NCBI GenBank assembly: GCA_051942205.1
Contig: JAVECO010000076.1
Coordinates: forward strand, 1-64,000
Direction of reading: 5' to 3'
Length of the DNA stretch: 64,000 nucleotides
From: Coniocarpon cinnabarinum
Lineage: Eukaryota
A program made the position numbers and the translations under genes. Positions 35,698-47,303 of this stretch are shown in pieces (the first letter of the stretch is position 1; every line of letters begins with the position of its first letter). The notes below the pieces were generated by a model. The model saw only the letters and a program-made list of their open reading frames with translations. It ran no database searches and was not told the origin of the DNA.

Positions 35698-35987
35698 ATT
35701 GGAAAGCGGCAGAGGTGCCTTGCTTTAATCGTAGACGTGCTAGAGAGGAGCGGGAGGCATGAGGTACAGTCCCGACACTGTGTAAGTGGAATGACTATTG
35801 GCACACCAGGAACACACGAGCAATTGTCAGTGATGACCTGGGATCAAGTTTGCTGTGCTGGTGTTGCATTGAGTGCACAGTGTTCATCGCCAATGTTTGC
35901 AAAGATTGCAGTAGCACAGCTTACCAAGTTTCCATGACCCGAGCCAAGCTGAGTATTCAAGCCGACAGCGTTACTGATGAGTCAATC

Positions 35988-37025
35988 TCATGGACCACCA
36001 TCATGTGAGGTGGACCTTGCAAAAGCATCCACGCCTGAACCAACGAAATTCAGAACCTTCTCCTCCCCACGTAGGTGTGCCCAGCGCTTCTCGTGTCCGA
36101 GTGCTCCGGCACGACGTTTCTCCTCCCTCATTGCGGGTGTCCACTTGACTTGTGCAAGCCGAGCCTTCATAGCATCGGATTGCTTTCGGCGTGTTTCTTC
36201 GTCACGAAGCCTTGTGAAAAGTGGAATTTCACCGCTACGGATTTTCTCTCGCCATCTCTGCCACCTCCGTCTTGCCCCTTCACTGCGCTTCGAGGTAGCC
36301 TGGGCGACTTCTGCTCGGTCGACTTCTGGATTGCTCGGGCTCTCCTTGAGATCCACCCTCTTTCCCTGCCAGAGCAATTCATTGCTATCCTGCCTCTTCT
36401 CTCCTCGAGACAGAGCAATACGGGCCCTCTGGTTTCTGAGTGTTTCTAGCTGATGTGGATCCGGCCGAGTGTGAAGTCGTATCTCGCCTCGGCGCATTGC
36501 GTCAATTATCTCAGGGATAAAGGGACTGCGCTTGCCCGACCTGTTCTCACGTACAATCTTGCGCAGGCTCAAGCGTTGATTTCGATGGAATATGCTTAGC
36601 CGCCACGCAATGAGATCATGGTGCTGAAGGCCCGGATAGCCGCGCAGATCCCCGTCCGCGCCCACTAGAGATGCGATAGTGTTGTAGGCTTCTCGCTTCT
36701 TATTCGGCTCTTGACAGTTCCAAGGTGTTGAGATGTCAAAGCTGAGGTCCATGTATGTTTGCGATGCAATGTTGCGGAATCTCTCCCATCGATCTGCATC
36801 CTCGCGACTGAACTTGGGATCGAAGCCTGCGAGCGTCGTCCATGACCGATTTTTGTTGAGTTCAAAGATACTGAACCTGTCCGGTCCCAGACCTGTCCTA
36901 GCACTTGTTTGAGTTGCCAGGCATTTGATTGCAAGGGGCACTGTTGGCTGGCGCAATACGCAGGACGAATACGTGAGTCGCTGAAAACTCGCCGATGCCC
37001 TGCAAAAGCGCGGCAGCGACCACAT
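35988..37025 (-). CDS. Hypothetical basic protein with mitochondrial-type presequence and NUMOD3-like helical motifs
   Basis: 345-aa ATG ORF. The N-terminus is Arg/Ser/Ala-rich without acidic residues. The C-terminus has KRSEGARRRW and EETRRKQSDAMKAR. Confidence 0.6.
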   Translation of the reverse strand: MWSLPRFCRASASFQRLTYSSCVLRQPTVPLAIKCLATQTSARTGLGPDRFSIFELNKNRSWTTLAGFDPKFSREDADRWERFRNIASQTYMDLSFDISTPWNCQEPNKKREAYNTIASLVGADGDLRGYPGLQHHDLIAWRLSIFHRNQRLSLRKIVRENRSGKRSPFIPEIIDAMRRGEIRLHTRPDPHQLETLRNQRARIALSRGEKRQDSNELLWQGKRVDLKESPSNPEVDRAEVAQATSKRSEGARRRWQRWREKIRSGEIPLFTRLRDEETRRKQSDAMKARLAQVKWTPAMREEKRRAGALGHEKRWAHLRGEEKVLNFVGSGVDAFARSTSHDGGP

Positions 37026-37640
37026 GGCCCGACATTGTGGTTATTATTATTGACGGTAGAGTGTGAGCTTCTCTTGATCCACAGAGATGCTCCTAGATCG
37101 TTGAAGTTTCGATAATTATCGCAGGAATATTCCTCGGTACTAGCCGCTCCCAGCAAGCTAGGCTTGGATATATCACAGAAGTGTGACTTCTTCCTCACGA
37201 TGTTCAAGATCACGATCTTTGCAGACATGTCCCTGCAGATGAGTTCGTCGGATCTTAGAATCTCAATAAACATAGCATTCTCACCACAGACATTGTTTTT
37301 CCTTACTCAGAGCTCTCTGCGTGCAAAACAAAAGAGAAAAAGAAAAGAAAAGTAAAAAACAGAGCCCGAATGTGTCATCTTCACTTTCCTATGGAGCTTC
37401 CTACTTGCACATTCATAAATCTTCTCTGCCCACTTCGAATATATCCGTCTTTCCAACTTCTTCTCGAGCTTTCCAGTGTATTTTCTATCTCCTCAGGCTG
37501 CCGTGGTCTTTTCTTTGCAGTAATTGCAGATTGACACCCAGTACATCATGCAGTGAGTTATCTATGCAAGCTCCTGGTCTGCTGTAGCATTTCCAGTGAT
37601 CAGTGAGCTACTCTGTGACATTGTTCCAAGCACGAACACC

Positions 37641-40248
37641 ATGACAGATGATCTCAGGCTCAAGGGAGACACGAGCGGCCAGACGCAGAAGTTCAAGATA
37701 GAACCTATGGACACTCGCTTAGAAGACGATACAGGCGGGCTCCCAACACCTTCGTCACGCGGCTCCTTTGAACCTGGTAGCTCGCCGACCAAAGACAACC
37801 ATCCTTCGCCAGTAAAAGATGACGCTCCGAAGAAGAAACGGAAGCTGTCTAAAGAACATGAAATTAACTACAGCCTCGGGGATGTGAACTCGTTACTCAC
37901 ATGCGACTCCGCCGCGCACCGTGCACGCAAGAATGACGAACCTACACCGCACTTCGTTGATATCACTACCTTGGCCGAGCTCAGGAAGCAATTGAAGCTT
38001 ACAAATGCCAGCGAAGACGAAGTCAGGGCCTTAATGGCAGCATACCGATCGTTTGGCAGGCGAAGAGTCAGACCATATGGGGACAATCTCGTCATGCACA
38101 TTGGCATGAACACTGTGAGTTAACGATCGTCCCACAGAAGCAATACTGATACAATATTAGCCGCTTAGATTATATCAGCTGTTAGGTGCTGCCAAGCTTC
38201 GTTTTCTCGAAAGAGCTGGATCACAGCCAAGAGGCGGCTTTCTCTTTGATGACATGGGCCTTGGTAAGACTCTGCAGATGCTCACTAACATGGTCAGCGC
38301 TCGGGGAAAAAATGGTGATCCAGAGGCCAGGAAAGGCAAAACACTGATCATTGCCGGATCGAATCTCTTGCGACAGTGGCATTGTCAGATCGATGAACAC
38401 ATCAAAGACCCGGATCACACGCTTGGACGGCGAGGTTTCTTCTCCGAGAAAATCGTGAGAGAAGCGAATGGAGGTGGCCTATACAAGGTTCAAGATGGCT
38501 TGCGTCACTTAAAGAAGATGAAGATCGTGTGAGTGCTGCTTAAGCCTAATCTTCGTCGTATCTAATGCATGCTCAGTTTTGCGACGTATCATGAGGTTCT
38601 CAGGTCGTACGAAGCTCAGGACAAGCCTCCACACACTCAAAGCTCGATCGACAGTATCAAAAATTCTTCTGGTGCATTGCATCAGACTCCTTGGTTCCGT
38701 GTTGTTATTGATGAAGCTCATCATGTGAAGGGTTACTCGGCCAAGACATCCCAAGCGCATTTTGCGCTGAACGCCCAGGTTTACTGGGCAATTACCGGCA
38801 CGCCCTGCCATAATTCTCACACAGAATGCTACTCATACTTCAAGCTTCTGAGATTCCCCAATACGGATACTTTCAAGACGTTCAAACACCAGTATCTCTC
38901 TTCCGGCAATAGCGAACGGGACAGAGTGCTGGCAAATCGCATGATTAGACGTACCTACAGAGACAAATTCCTCGGAGCTCCCATTGCTGAAATCCCCGAT
39001 ACTAGATATGAAGACAGATTCGTTCATGCTGGACCCGTCGAGCACCGTCTAATCGAGCAAATCAGCCTTGAATATGCGCGAAGAATAGGCCGTCTTCAGC
39101 TTGCAGAAGGACTAGACCCACAGCAAAGGGACAGGGTTGTACATCGTCTGTCATGGAAAGTAATGGAACTTAACCGACATTGGCTGTTGGCGATCGATGT
39201 GATCGGGCTGCAGCCAAAAGAAACGGTCGAGGCTCTTGTCCGTGAATGCGATCCACAGCTCAATGAGAAGAAGGTAATACAGGTTCGTAAGAAGATCATA
39301 CAAGAAGCTCAGAGAATTGAAGAGGATTTACAAGCCTTCAAGGCAGAAGATGGTGCCTCTGGGAGGAAGAGACCAAAAGTCGGCTTTTCCTTTGACAAAT
39401 GGCAAAAGAAAGGACTCCCTCTGCTCCATTCATCAAAAACACGGGAGGTCATGGCACAAGTTCACCAAAAAGTGAAACAAGACCCTCTGCGCAAGCTACT
39501 CGTTTTCACGCAAAGAAAAGAAATTGTGCGTCTGCTCGCAAGATCTTGCAAAAAAAGCAAGGTTGGTCATGAAATTTACACTGGTGACCACAGTCACACC
39601 GTACGTGAACAGGCTCTGGAAAGGTTCAAAACGGATCCCTCAAAATCAGTATTGATCATGACCATGGATGCCGGTGGTGAAGGTCTAAATCTTGACGTTA
39701 CAACCGCAGTGATCTCAATGGATCTCTGGTGGAATCGCGCACGTGAAGCGCAAGCCCACATGCGGATCATCCGTATGACACAGACTAAAGAAACGGAGAT
39801 TATACGCATCATACTTGAGGACTCATACGACCAAAAACTTCTAGCTATGCAAGATGAAAAACAGACAGCGATCCAAGACGCCATGAAAGGAGGCAAGTCT
39901 GATGTTGAGCGTGTGTTGTCATTGCAAGGGATGGTCTTGAGGGACATGGCCGTTGCAGAAGTTGATGGAGAAGAAGATGATTTGTCTCAAATGTCGGACG
40001 GGGAACTCGCAGACTTGTGGGACCCTATTCTCAATGATAATTCTGATGACGAGACCGAGGATGACGAGACTGGGGAGAACGACGAGGACGAGGATGATGA
40101 CTCAACGGATGAGTATACGGATGGGCCTGAGGATATACCTAACTTGAACGACATTGCAAAAGAAGCATCAGACTCTGACTGCCTGTCGAATAATTACGCC
40201 GATGAGCGTCTCTACGGCACAGTAGATCCTCTTCCTATGGAGCTCTAG
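37641..40248 (+). CDS. Divergent SNF2-family (Rad5/Rad16-like) ATPase lacking an obvious RING finger
   Basis: GGFLFDDMGLGKT (motif I), VVIDEAH (II), ITGTP (III), LVFTQ (IV), AGGEGLNL (V), WWN..EAQAHMRIIRMTQ (VI); acidic tail. Introns 38115-38160 and 38529-38576. Confidence 0.9.
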
Positions 40249-40621
40249 AGCTCTAGGTGCGCAACGAGATGACTTTACAAGGCTCCAGCAAGAGCATTCA
40301 GAAACACTTCATGATGAACATGACGAATTGCGAATTGATGCGAGCAAGAGGTGGGAACGGTAGCCGGACGAGCGAAGACGATAAAAGCCGGCACTTGCAC
40401 TGTAAGATTGCCCAGGCAGCAAGCACAATCAAGCGCCCAGCATCCAAATTTGAGTCGACTCCGATGCAAAATCACCACCCTCGTTTCCACAGCAGAAATG
40501 TAGTATCTAGCAGCTTCAGTAAAGCCATTGCAAAGACTTTTCTGTACAGTGACGTTCCGCCTGTTCAGCCTCGTCGTTACATCGTACACGCAAGGGATTC
40601 ATCGGCAGACACTATCACCGC

Positions 40622-41128
40622 CTAGGTGTTGTCGCGCGACGAGTTGTCCGAAAACTTCCTTCGATACCGCGACTGCACAATGAGTGGCTGTCTGTAGGCT
40701 CGTGCAAATGCTTCTTCTGCCAAAGGTGAACCTTCTGTCCGTATCACGGTGCCAATACCCATGAAGAAGCTGAGGCTTGTCAGCGGGGGCTCGCTGCTTT
40801 CATGTTCGCTAACGCACCCAAATGTTGCACCAGAGCCTAGCATGTATTGCCCCAGACTTCGTAACACGCCGTTGGGACCGGCGCCGAAGCGCATGATGTT
40901 CCAGCCCCCTTGTTGACGGTCGGTAGATGATGCAACTTTCTAGCTGGTAAACGTACCGAAGATGAAGCCAATGATCTTGAAGATTGTTAGCAAATGGACA
41001 GCCTTGTGTGCGGAGCAGCAACTTACAGAGCCAACAGTGCCGCCCATCATAGCGCCCATCTTGAATTTGTCAAAGGTGGACGGTCCTGATACACCGGCAC
41101 CGCCAGCTGAGGCCGGGACTGGCGGCAT
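40622..41128 (-). CDS. MGR2: Mitochondrial Mgr2/ROMO1 (TIM23 gatekeeper)
   Basis: PSTFDKFKMGAMMGGTVG, IIGFIFG, RFGAGPNGVLRSLGQYMLGSGATFG|FFMGIGTVIR; three introns. Confidence 0.94.
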
Positions 41129-41947
41129 GGCTGAATGCGAAGAGGTGTCAAGCGCCGGCTTTGCGGCAATCGTGTGTTGCAAGTAGGTCTATGCAATAGA
41201 TGTCTACCTACCAGAACGTATGAGGGCGGTATCAGGACAAGCTGGTCCATTCCAATCGTGGATAGTCCTGCCGCCCCGCGCGTCGGACAGGCACGTGACA
41301 GGCTAAGACACGTGAAAGATGCCACAGGACCGATGACCCGGCAGCTGCACAACGCGCGATCGTTGATTCTGTGGGACCAACAGCACGAAAAGGCTCGGGG
41401 AAAGAGGCAGTAGCTGTTGCGCAGAGTCAATGGACGAGAATGGTGTCGTCTGTAGTACAAGAGTATGAAGGTCACGTGCTGGAATCGTTCGCGGGTGGAG
41501 TCGAGTGGATGGGAGATGTTTCGTGTTTGGGAGGAGGAGGAGGAGGAGTGGCCGCAATGACCATCAGAGCCCCTCAACTTCACCCCATGTCCTCTCGTGT
41601 TTGACATTGGCCACCTTCGCTGCTTTGCCTGGAAGCGCAAATACGCACAATACCTGCATCACCTTCTCATAATCTTTCTCGTACCTGTCGCTTTGTTGTT
41701 CGCACATTTCACGCTCTGTGCATCATCCCTGGAGCGCACACGACCAATTCGCCTCCCGACTTCCTTCCCTTGGCTTTCGGACCTGCCTCTTGATCTATCC
41801 TTTTCTACAACTAGGTAGATGTGTTCGGCTCGGCATTGTGAGATCATTGAAGCGTGATTCGGTCACTCTTGCCGGACTGGAGCGGCGTGACTCGGCATCC
41901 ATCTTGTCCATCTTCATTACTTCACATTTGACCGTCGCTCGTTCTCT

Positions 41948-44251
41948 ATGACCGCCGTGGCCACGCAAACCCAGATTCCCAACGGTCTGCCTCGCCATGG
42001 ATGGACCACCAATGGCAACAACATTCTCAGTATGACGTCCGACTTTGTCCCCTCCCGCAAAGTCGTCCAACGGTCAAATTCTTCATCCTCACTCAGTTCC
42101 AACTCCTCGACGTCTTCGTCATCAACAATCTCTGCACCGCCTCAAACGAATGGCATTCCCAATGGCGACACCGCAGCCCGCAAGAAAAACGGACGAGGGC
42201 TTTGGCCGACGGCGGGAGGCAAAGCTGAGCCCGTGTCAGGACTATCAACAGCTCGACCGTCTGCCGCGCCTTCTTCAGCTGCCGCAGCCTCGGCGATATC
42301 AGCTTTACACACCGCTTCACAAAACTCCCAAAAGCATGCGTTGAATGGTCAAGCGCCAGCAAATGGAGTAGCACATCCACAATCTCCCGAGTCTCCGGTC
42401 ATACTCGCGCTCACGCCCTTAAATGGCACATTTGAGCGCAAATCAATCTCCGTGCCCTCTGCGCCAGAGGTGCTCAAGATAGGTCGACAGACGAATGCGA
42501 AAACCTTGCCCACACCGGTTTGTATACCCACCGTTGAAATGTGTTGCACATAGCTAATCTTGTTTCAGGAGAACGGTTTCTTTGATTCAAAAGTTCTAAG
42601 TCGACAACATGCCGAGGTGTGGGCAGATCAAGATGGTCGAATATGGATTCGCGACGTGCGTTCGTCTAATGGTACTTTTGTCAATGGCAAGCGTCTGTCT
42701 ATGGAGAACCGCGATTCTGAGCCTCATCCACTCAAAGAGCAAGACGTCTTGGAGCTCGGTATCGACATTGTTTCGGAAGACGGCAAGAGCATTGTTCACT
42801 CGAAAGTGGCTGCGCGCATTGAACACGCAGGCATTTATGGTGCAAGCTCTCTCGAGATCAATACGGCGACTGAGCTCAGTCCAATGAATGGTTTCGGGCA
42901 ACAACTACCGCCATCCTTCCGAAGTCGACCGTCGAGCCAAGGTTCAATCAGCAGCAGCAGATTTTCAGCCGGGGGCTCGAACAACGTGGCTGCTTATCAT
43001 TCGAAATGGTTGCAACCCGTCACGATGGAGCAAATTGCGAAGAGACTCAGCTCTGAATTGCGGAACGCTCGACTGCAGAGTCAAGATCTTACCAACACCA
43101 GCGATTTTGTGAATGCTGTCATCACACACCAAAATCCTTTGCCAATTCCCGAGCCGCAGAAGATTTCGTCCCCGTCAAGAGCCTCAGAAGCGAGAGCTAG
43201 GTTTTCAGATCCTCCAGGTCCACCACCATCTCAGCCTTTACCAGAAAAGCCAGATGCAGGGCTGCGGTCAAAGCTTGCCGACTTCCCCTCTTTGCAGCCT
43301 CTCCTGCGTCGTTCCGAGACGGAGAAACCAGTGCTGAGCTCCGCAGACTCTCCCACAAAGTTCGATTCCGCAGCAAAAATCAACAATCTTGTAGAAGCAC
43401 TGTCAAGTGCGCAACGCGAGCTGAGCGATCAGAATGAGAGGCTGCGCACCCTAGATGAATCCTTGAAACAGGAGAGGGAAGCGAGGATAAACGCGGAACA
43501 ACGCGCAGAAAATCTATCGCAACGGTCGAACAATACTGAAACGGATGAGATGGCTGTGGGCAGTCTGGATATCACCGAGACTACTGCGGATCAAAACGAT
43601 CCTGCGGCGGCAGCTGGCCGTCTGCAAGAGAAATGTGAGCTGATGCGAAACGAATTAGAAGGCATGCGGTTGAAGATGGAAGAATTCCGGCTACGCGCAG
43701 AATCTGCAGAAAAGGAACGTGATGTGGATCGACAGTCGCTGGCCGACATGGTCAAGAACATCAGACGGAGGGACGATGCAGCGCAAAAGAAGAAGACGTC
43801 GCGCGAGCAACAGATCGCCCTTGGCGAAGACACGTCTCGCGCGTCTCACCAGCTTGAATGGTCCTCCAGTGCCGTTGCGGACGATCCGGATGACGATGTT
43901 GCAGTCATGGACCAAGAGCTAAACGACCAAGTCGATGCGGTACTCAAACGCCAAACTACGATCAAGCCGAAACCCGACAAAACTCCTTCACTGTCACTCC
44001 CGCCTGCTCTAAGAAACCACTTAAAGGTTCTATCGCCAACTCAGCTTGACGATCTAGGGCGGACAATAGACTCAATACGGTGTCGCACAGAGCAGCAGCA
44101 GCAGTCTGAAAGAGAGGCAGGTCCACGACGTGAGACACACAACCAAGTCATGCACACGGCACCGTACGCTTCGATAATAGGCGTTGTAATTCTAGGAATG
44201 GGCATGATGGCATATCTGAACAGTTGGCAAAAGGTCGTGGAGCGATCATAA
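41948..44251 (+). CDS. FAR10: FHA-domain, coiled-coil, tail-anchored STRIPAK subunit (Far9/Far10/Vps64, SLMAP/PRO45)
   Basis: IGRQTNAKTLPTP|ENGFFDSKVLSRQHAEV..SSNGTFVNG (FHA domain; intron 42518-42568), coiled coils and C-terminal TM PYASIIGVVILGMGMMAYLNSW. Confidence 0.93.
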
Positions 44252-44696
44252 ACAATATCAGATGATAATGGGCACACAAGCTGGTGGGGGCACGATGAAC
44301 AAGCAAGTACGACTGATCGAGTCACACGTCTTTGACTGACGACCTTTCGTATGTAAAAACCATGCACAAACATGTGTCATATTATTATATGAAGCGGACC
44401 AAGATTTTGTATTTATTCTGGGCGAAGGAACGCAGCAATACCTCAGCCGTGACCAAGAAGCAAGAGACGAGATGTTTCGCCTCACCTTTAAAGCGGCGCA
44501 AGGATGCAAATAAAGAATGTCATCGACCTCCCAGGCCCAATCAGTATCCCACATGCCTGAGAATGTAAGGCTGCAATAATTTGCAGAAGACCATGATGGA
44601 GAGGAATACTTCTCGAGATCGCAAATACACAGCTAGCGCTAGCACCACTTATCGGCTACCGACCACCTGGCGACAATGCGAAGTGCCTTTGCTCGG

Positions 44697-45362
44697 CTAC
44701 TTGCCTTCGCCGTGGTCGCTTCCTTTCTCAGACTTGCTCATCAACGCCTGCAGTGCCTGGTTTGTAGATTTTGGCGTGTCCCGATTTTTGTGCTTTCTCT
44801 TCTGCTTTTTTCCATGTCGGCGGTCTTTCTTGCTACTCAAAGATCCCTGATCCTGAGACGCCATCGCTTCATCTTGGTCTCCGCCTGCATCTGCGACTTG
44901 CTTTTCCTGTTTAACCTTCTCTCGCTTTCGTTTTGACGGCTTTCGATCAGGTGTACTTGCGGCTCGCCCTTGGTCTTTTGTCTTTTCGTCGATGCGCACG
45001 CCAGCCTTGACAAACCTCGCTACGGCCTCTTTATCGATTTTTAACCTTCTGTCATCCTTACCTTCCTTGCGTTCGTGCGCTGTCTCAGCATCTTTGATCT
45101 TCTCGAAATATTGCTTACAGCGCGTCAGCTCTGTGAAGATGGGATGAGACTTGGTATCCACATCGTTGAGCTTCAGCGCGGAGAAAAGCAGTGACAAAAT
45201 CGCATAAGTTGTGAGAGTGTAGACCTTGGCACGCTCTAACAATGGGAGCTTGGTGGCGAGCGTTGAGAGCGGCTGAGAAAGTAGAGGCGTGAGCGCAGTC
45301 TCGAGAGAGTCAGTGGTCTCGTCGAAATTGTCGACAAGGGTCTGAAAAGACTCAGAGTCCAT
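44697..45362 (-). CDS. LRP1: Exosome cofactor Lrp1/Rrp47 (C1D family)
   Basis: LPLLERAKVY..TYAILSLLFSALKL..HPIFTELTRCKQYFEKIK..IDKEAVARFVKAG; basic C-terminus. Confidence 0.92.
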   Translation of the reverse strand: MDSESFQTLVDNFDETTDSLETALTPLLSQPLSTLATKLPLLERAKVYTLTTYAILSLLFSALKLNDVDTKSHPIFTELTRCKQYFEKIKDAETAHERKEGKDDRRLKIDKEAVARFVKAGVRIDEKTKDQGRAASTPDRKPSKRKREKVKQEKQVADAGGDQDEAMASQDQGSLSSKKDRRHGKKQKRKHKNRDTPKSTNQALQALMSKSEKGSDHGEGK

Positions 45363-45914
45363 ATTGCGATGAAGTTGTGCTATTGTTTCGTTAGCTGTGG
45401 AAGTAGAAGTCGCCGAGATTTCGAGACGTCCCGATTAGGATAGGTGCGATCTCGAGCAGTGGCACGTGCGTGGAATGGCAAGTTCCGTGAGGATGGATGA
45501 CTTCAATGCGCAGACGAAGAGTCTGGCGTGTCTGGTCGCCTGAGGATGCTTGAGATCCTTATCACGACTGTCTTTCGGCTCATCCCTTGCTTCCACGTCT
45601 TTCACCAATCCTCACATCGATGAGCTCGCGCAGCCGATCTGCACAAGCTGTCGCTTTCAACCAGTGCTGCAGCTCCGCGCTCGCGGTCTCTGCACGCAAG
45701 CCTCACATTGCGGCGAACATGTATCCCAGGTAGCGCTGAACACGGCTGGGCAGCCTCAAAATTACATAGCAACAGATCTCTACGTCTCTACTCATCCTGT
45801 GGGCTCACCACCTCACACGTTCCCCAGCCTGCGCCCGACGGTCACCCTTTCCATTTCCGACAACTTCGCCGGATCCAGCCTGCTCGCACACTGGCTGTGG
45901 CGAAGGTGCTTTCG

Positions 45915-47186
45915 ATGCCGGCGCCACAGACGCAAGCCTCGACCGAGCTTGGGAACAAGAGTCTGGTCCAATTTGAGCGCACGGAACGTGCAAAAACAAT
46001 ATACATTCTTGGAACTGGCAGCATTGGCAAGTTTGTGGCGCATTCGCTTATGAGTTCTCCCGCTCCACCGCCTGTCACGCTTCTCTTCCACAAATCGTCA
46101 TATCTTTATGACTTCAGAAAGCCCGAAAATCGCTCGATGCTTCACCTCACCACACATGGCACGCCAAATGCTACAGGACCGTTTGCATCTGAACTTGTAC
46201 TTCCCGAGCGCAAGCCAGATCGGCACGGGATGACAAATTTACTAGACTTGACAGGTCGTCGTCAGACCGAAAAGAGATTCCCGGATGCGACCTCCGACGT
46301 GGTAATTGAACATCTAGTCATAACCACAAAGGCACATCAAACAGTCAAGAGTCTGCTACCGCTACGACACCGGTTGACGAGGGATAGCACACTACTGTTC
46401 TTGCAAAATGGTTGTGGTACAGTTGAAGAGGTCAATCGATATGTTTTCCCATATCCTGAAGACCGTCCAAATTATCTGGTTGGGATCAATAGCCATGGAG
46501 TCCATGGAACGGGTGCAACCAGCGCTGTGCACGCAGGCCATGGTGTGATCTACATGGGGTTCTTGCCTCGAGATCATTGGACTCCGGAAAATGAATCCAA
46601 CGCCTCGTCGCCACGAGCAGGTGCTGCCGATGGTGACAAACATCTTCCAGACACTGCACGGTATCTGCTGCGCAGCTTCACACATCTGCCAGTCTTGGCT
46701 GCGATGACAGTGCCACCAAGCACCCTAATTCTGCATCAGTTGGATAAGCTGGCTGTCAACTGTGTGGTGAACCCCTTGACCGTGCTTTTGGATGCGCCGA
46801 ATGGTTCGATATTGAAAAACAGCAACATCAGCAGGACTATGCGGCTGCTACTCTTCGAAATCAGTGCCATCTTTCGGCGCTTGCCAGAAGTGCAAGGTCT
46901 TCCTAATGTTGATGTTCGGTTCAGTCCAGATCGACTAGAGGATCTGGTGGTTGGCGTTGCTAAAAAGACCAGTGCTAACATTAGCAGCATGTTACAGGAT
47001 GTGCGCAGAGGAGCCGAGACAGAGATCGAATATCTCAATGGCTGGGTCGTGCGAAGAGGGGAGTCCGTTGGCGTTAAGGCCGTCGTGAACTACAGTATGG
47101 TGACACTGGTAAAGGGCAAGCAAAGTATGATTAGTCGAGAAGTAGAGGGTTGGATACCATTTGAAGGGAGAAACAATCGATCATGA
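45915..47186 (+). CDS. Ketopantoate reductase (2-dehydropantoate 2-reductase, PanE/ApbA family)
   Basis: IYILGTGSIG, ITTKA, FLQNG, KLAVNCVVNPLT, SSMLQDV, TEIEYLNG. First in-frame ATG at 45915; the frame is open upstream to ~45624. Confidence 0.92.
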   Translation: MPAPQTQASTELGNKSLVQFERTERAKTIYILGTGSIGKFVAHSLMSSPAPPPVTLLFHKSSYLYDFRKPENRSMLHLTTHGTPNATGPFASELVLPERKPDRHGMTNLLDLTGRRQTEKRFPDATSDVVIEHLVITTKAHQTVKSLLPLRHRLTRDSTLLFLQNGCGTVEEVNRYVFPYPEDRPNYLVGINSHGVHGTGATSAVHAGHGVIYMGFLPRDHWTPENESNASSPRAGAADGDKHLPDTARYLLRSFTHLPVLAAMTVPPSTLILHQLDKLAVNCVVNPLTVLLDAPNGSILKNSNISRTMRLLLFEISAIFRRLPEVQGLPNVDVRFSPDRLEDLVVGVAKKTSANISSMLQDVRRGAETEIEYLNGWVVRRGESVGVKAVVNYSMVTLVKGKQSMISREVEGWIPFEGRNNRS

Positions 47187-47303
47187 CGGCTGGCACAACT
47201 ACTGTCTTGCACGATACAGAATTCTTCCTACTATGGAAACAATGCTTCACAAGCTTTCTCATCACTTTTATTACCAACTTGCGAGCACTGGTCTACTCGA
47301 GTC

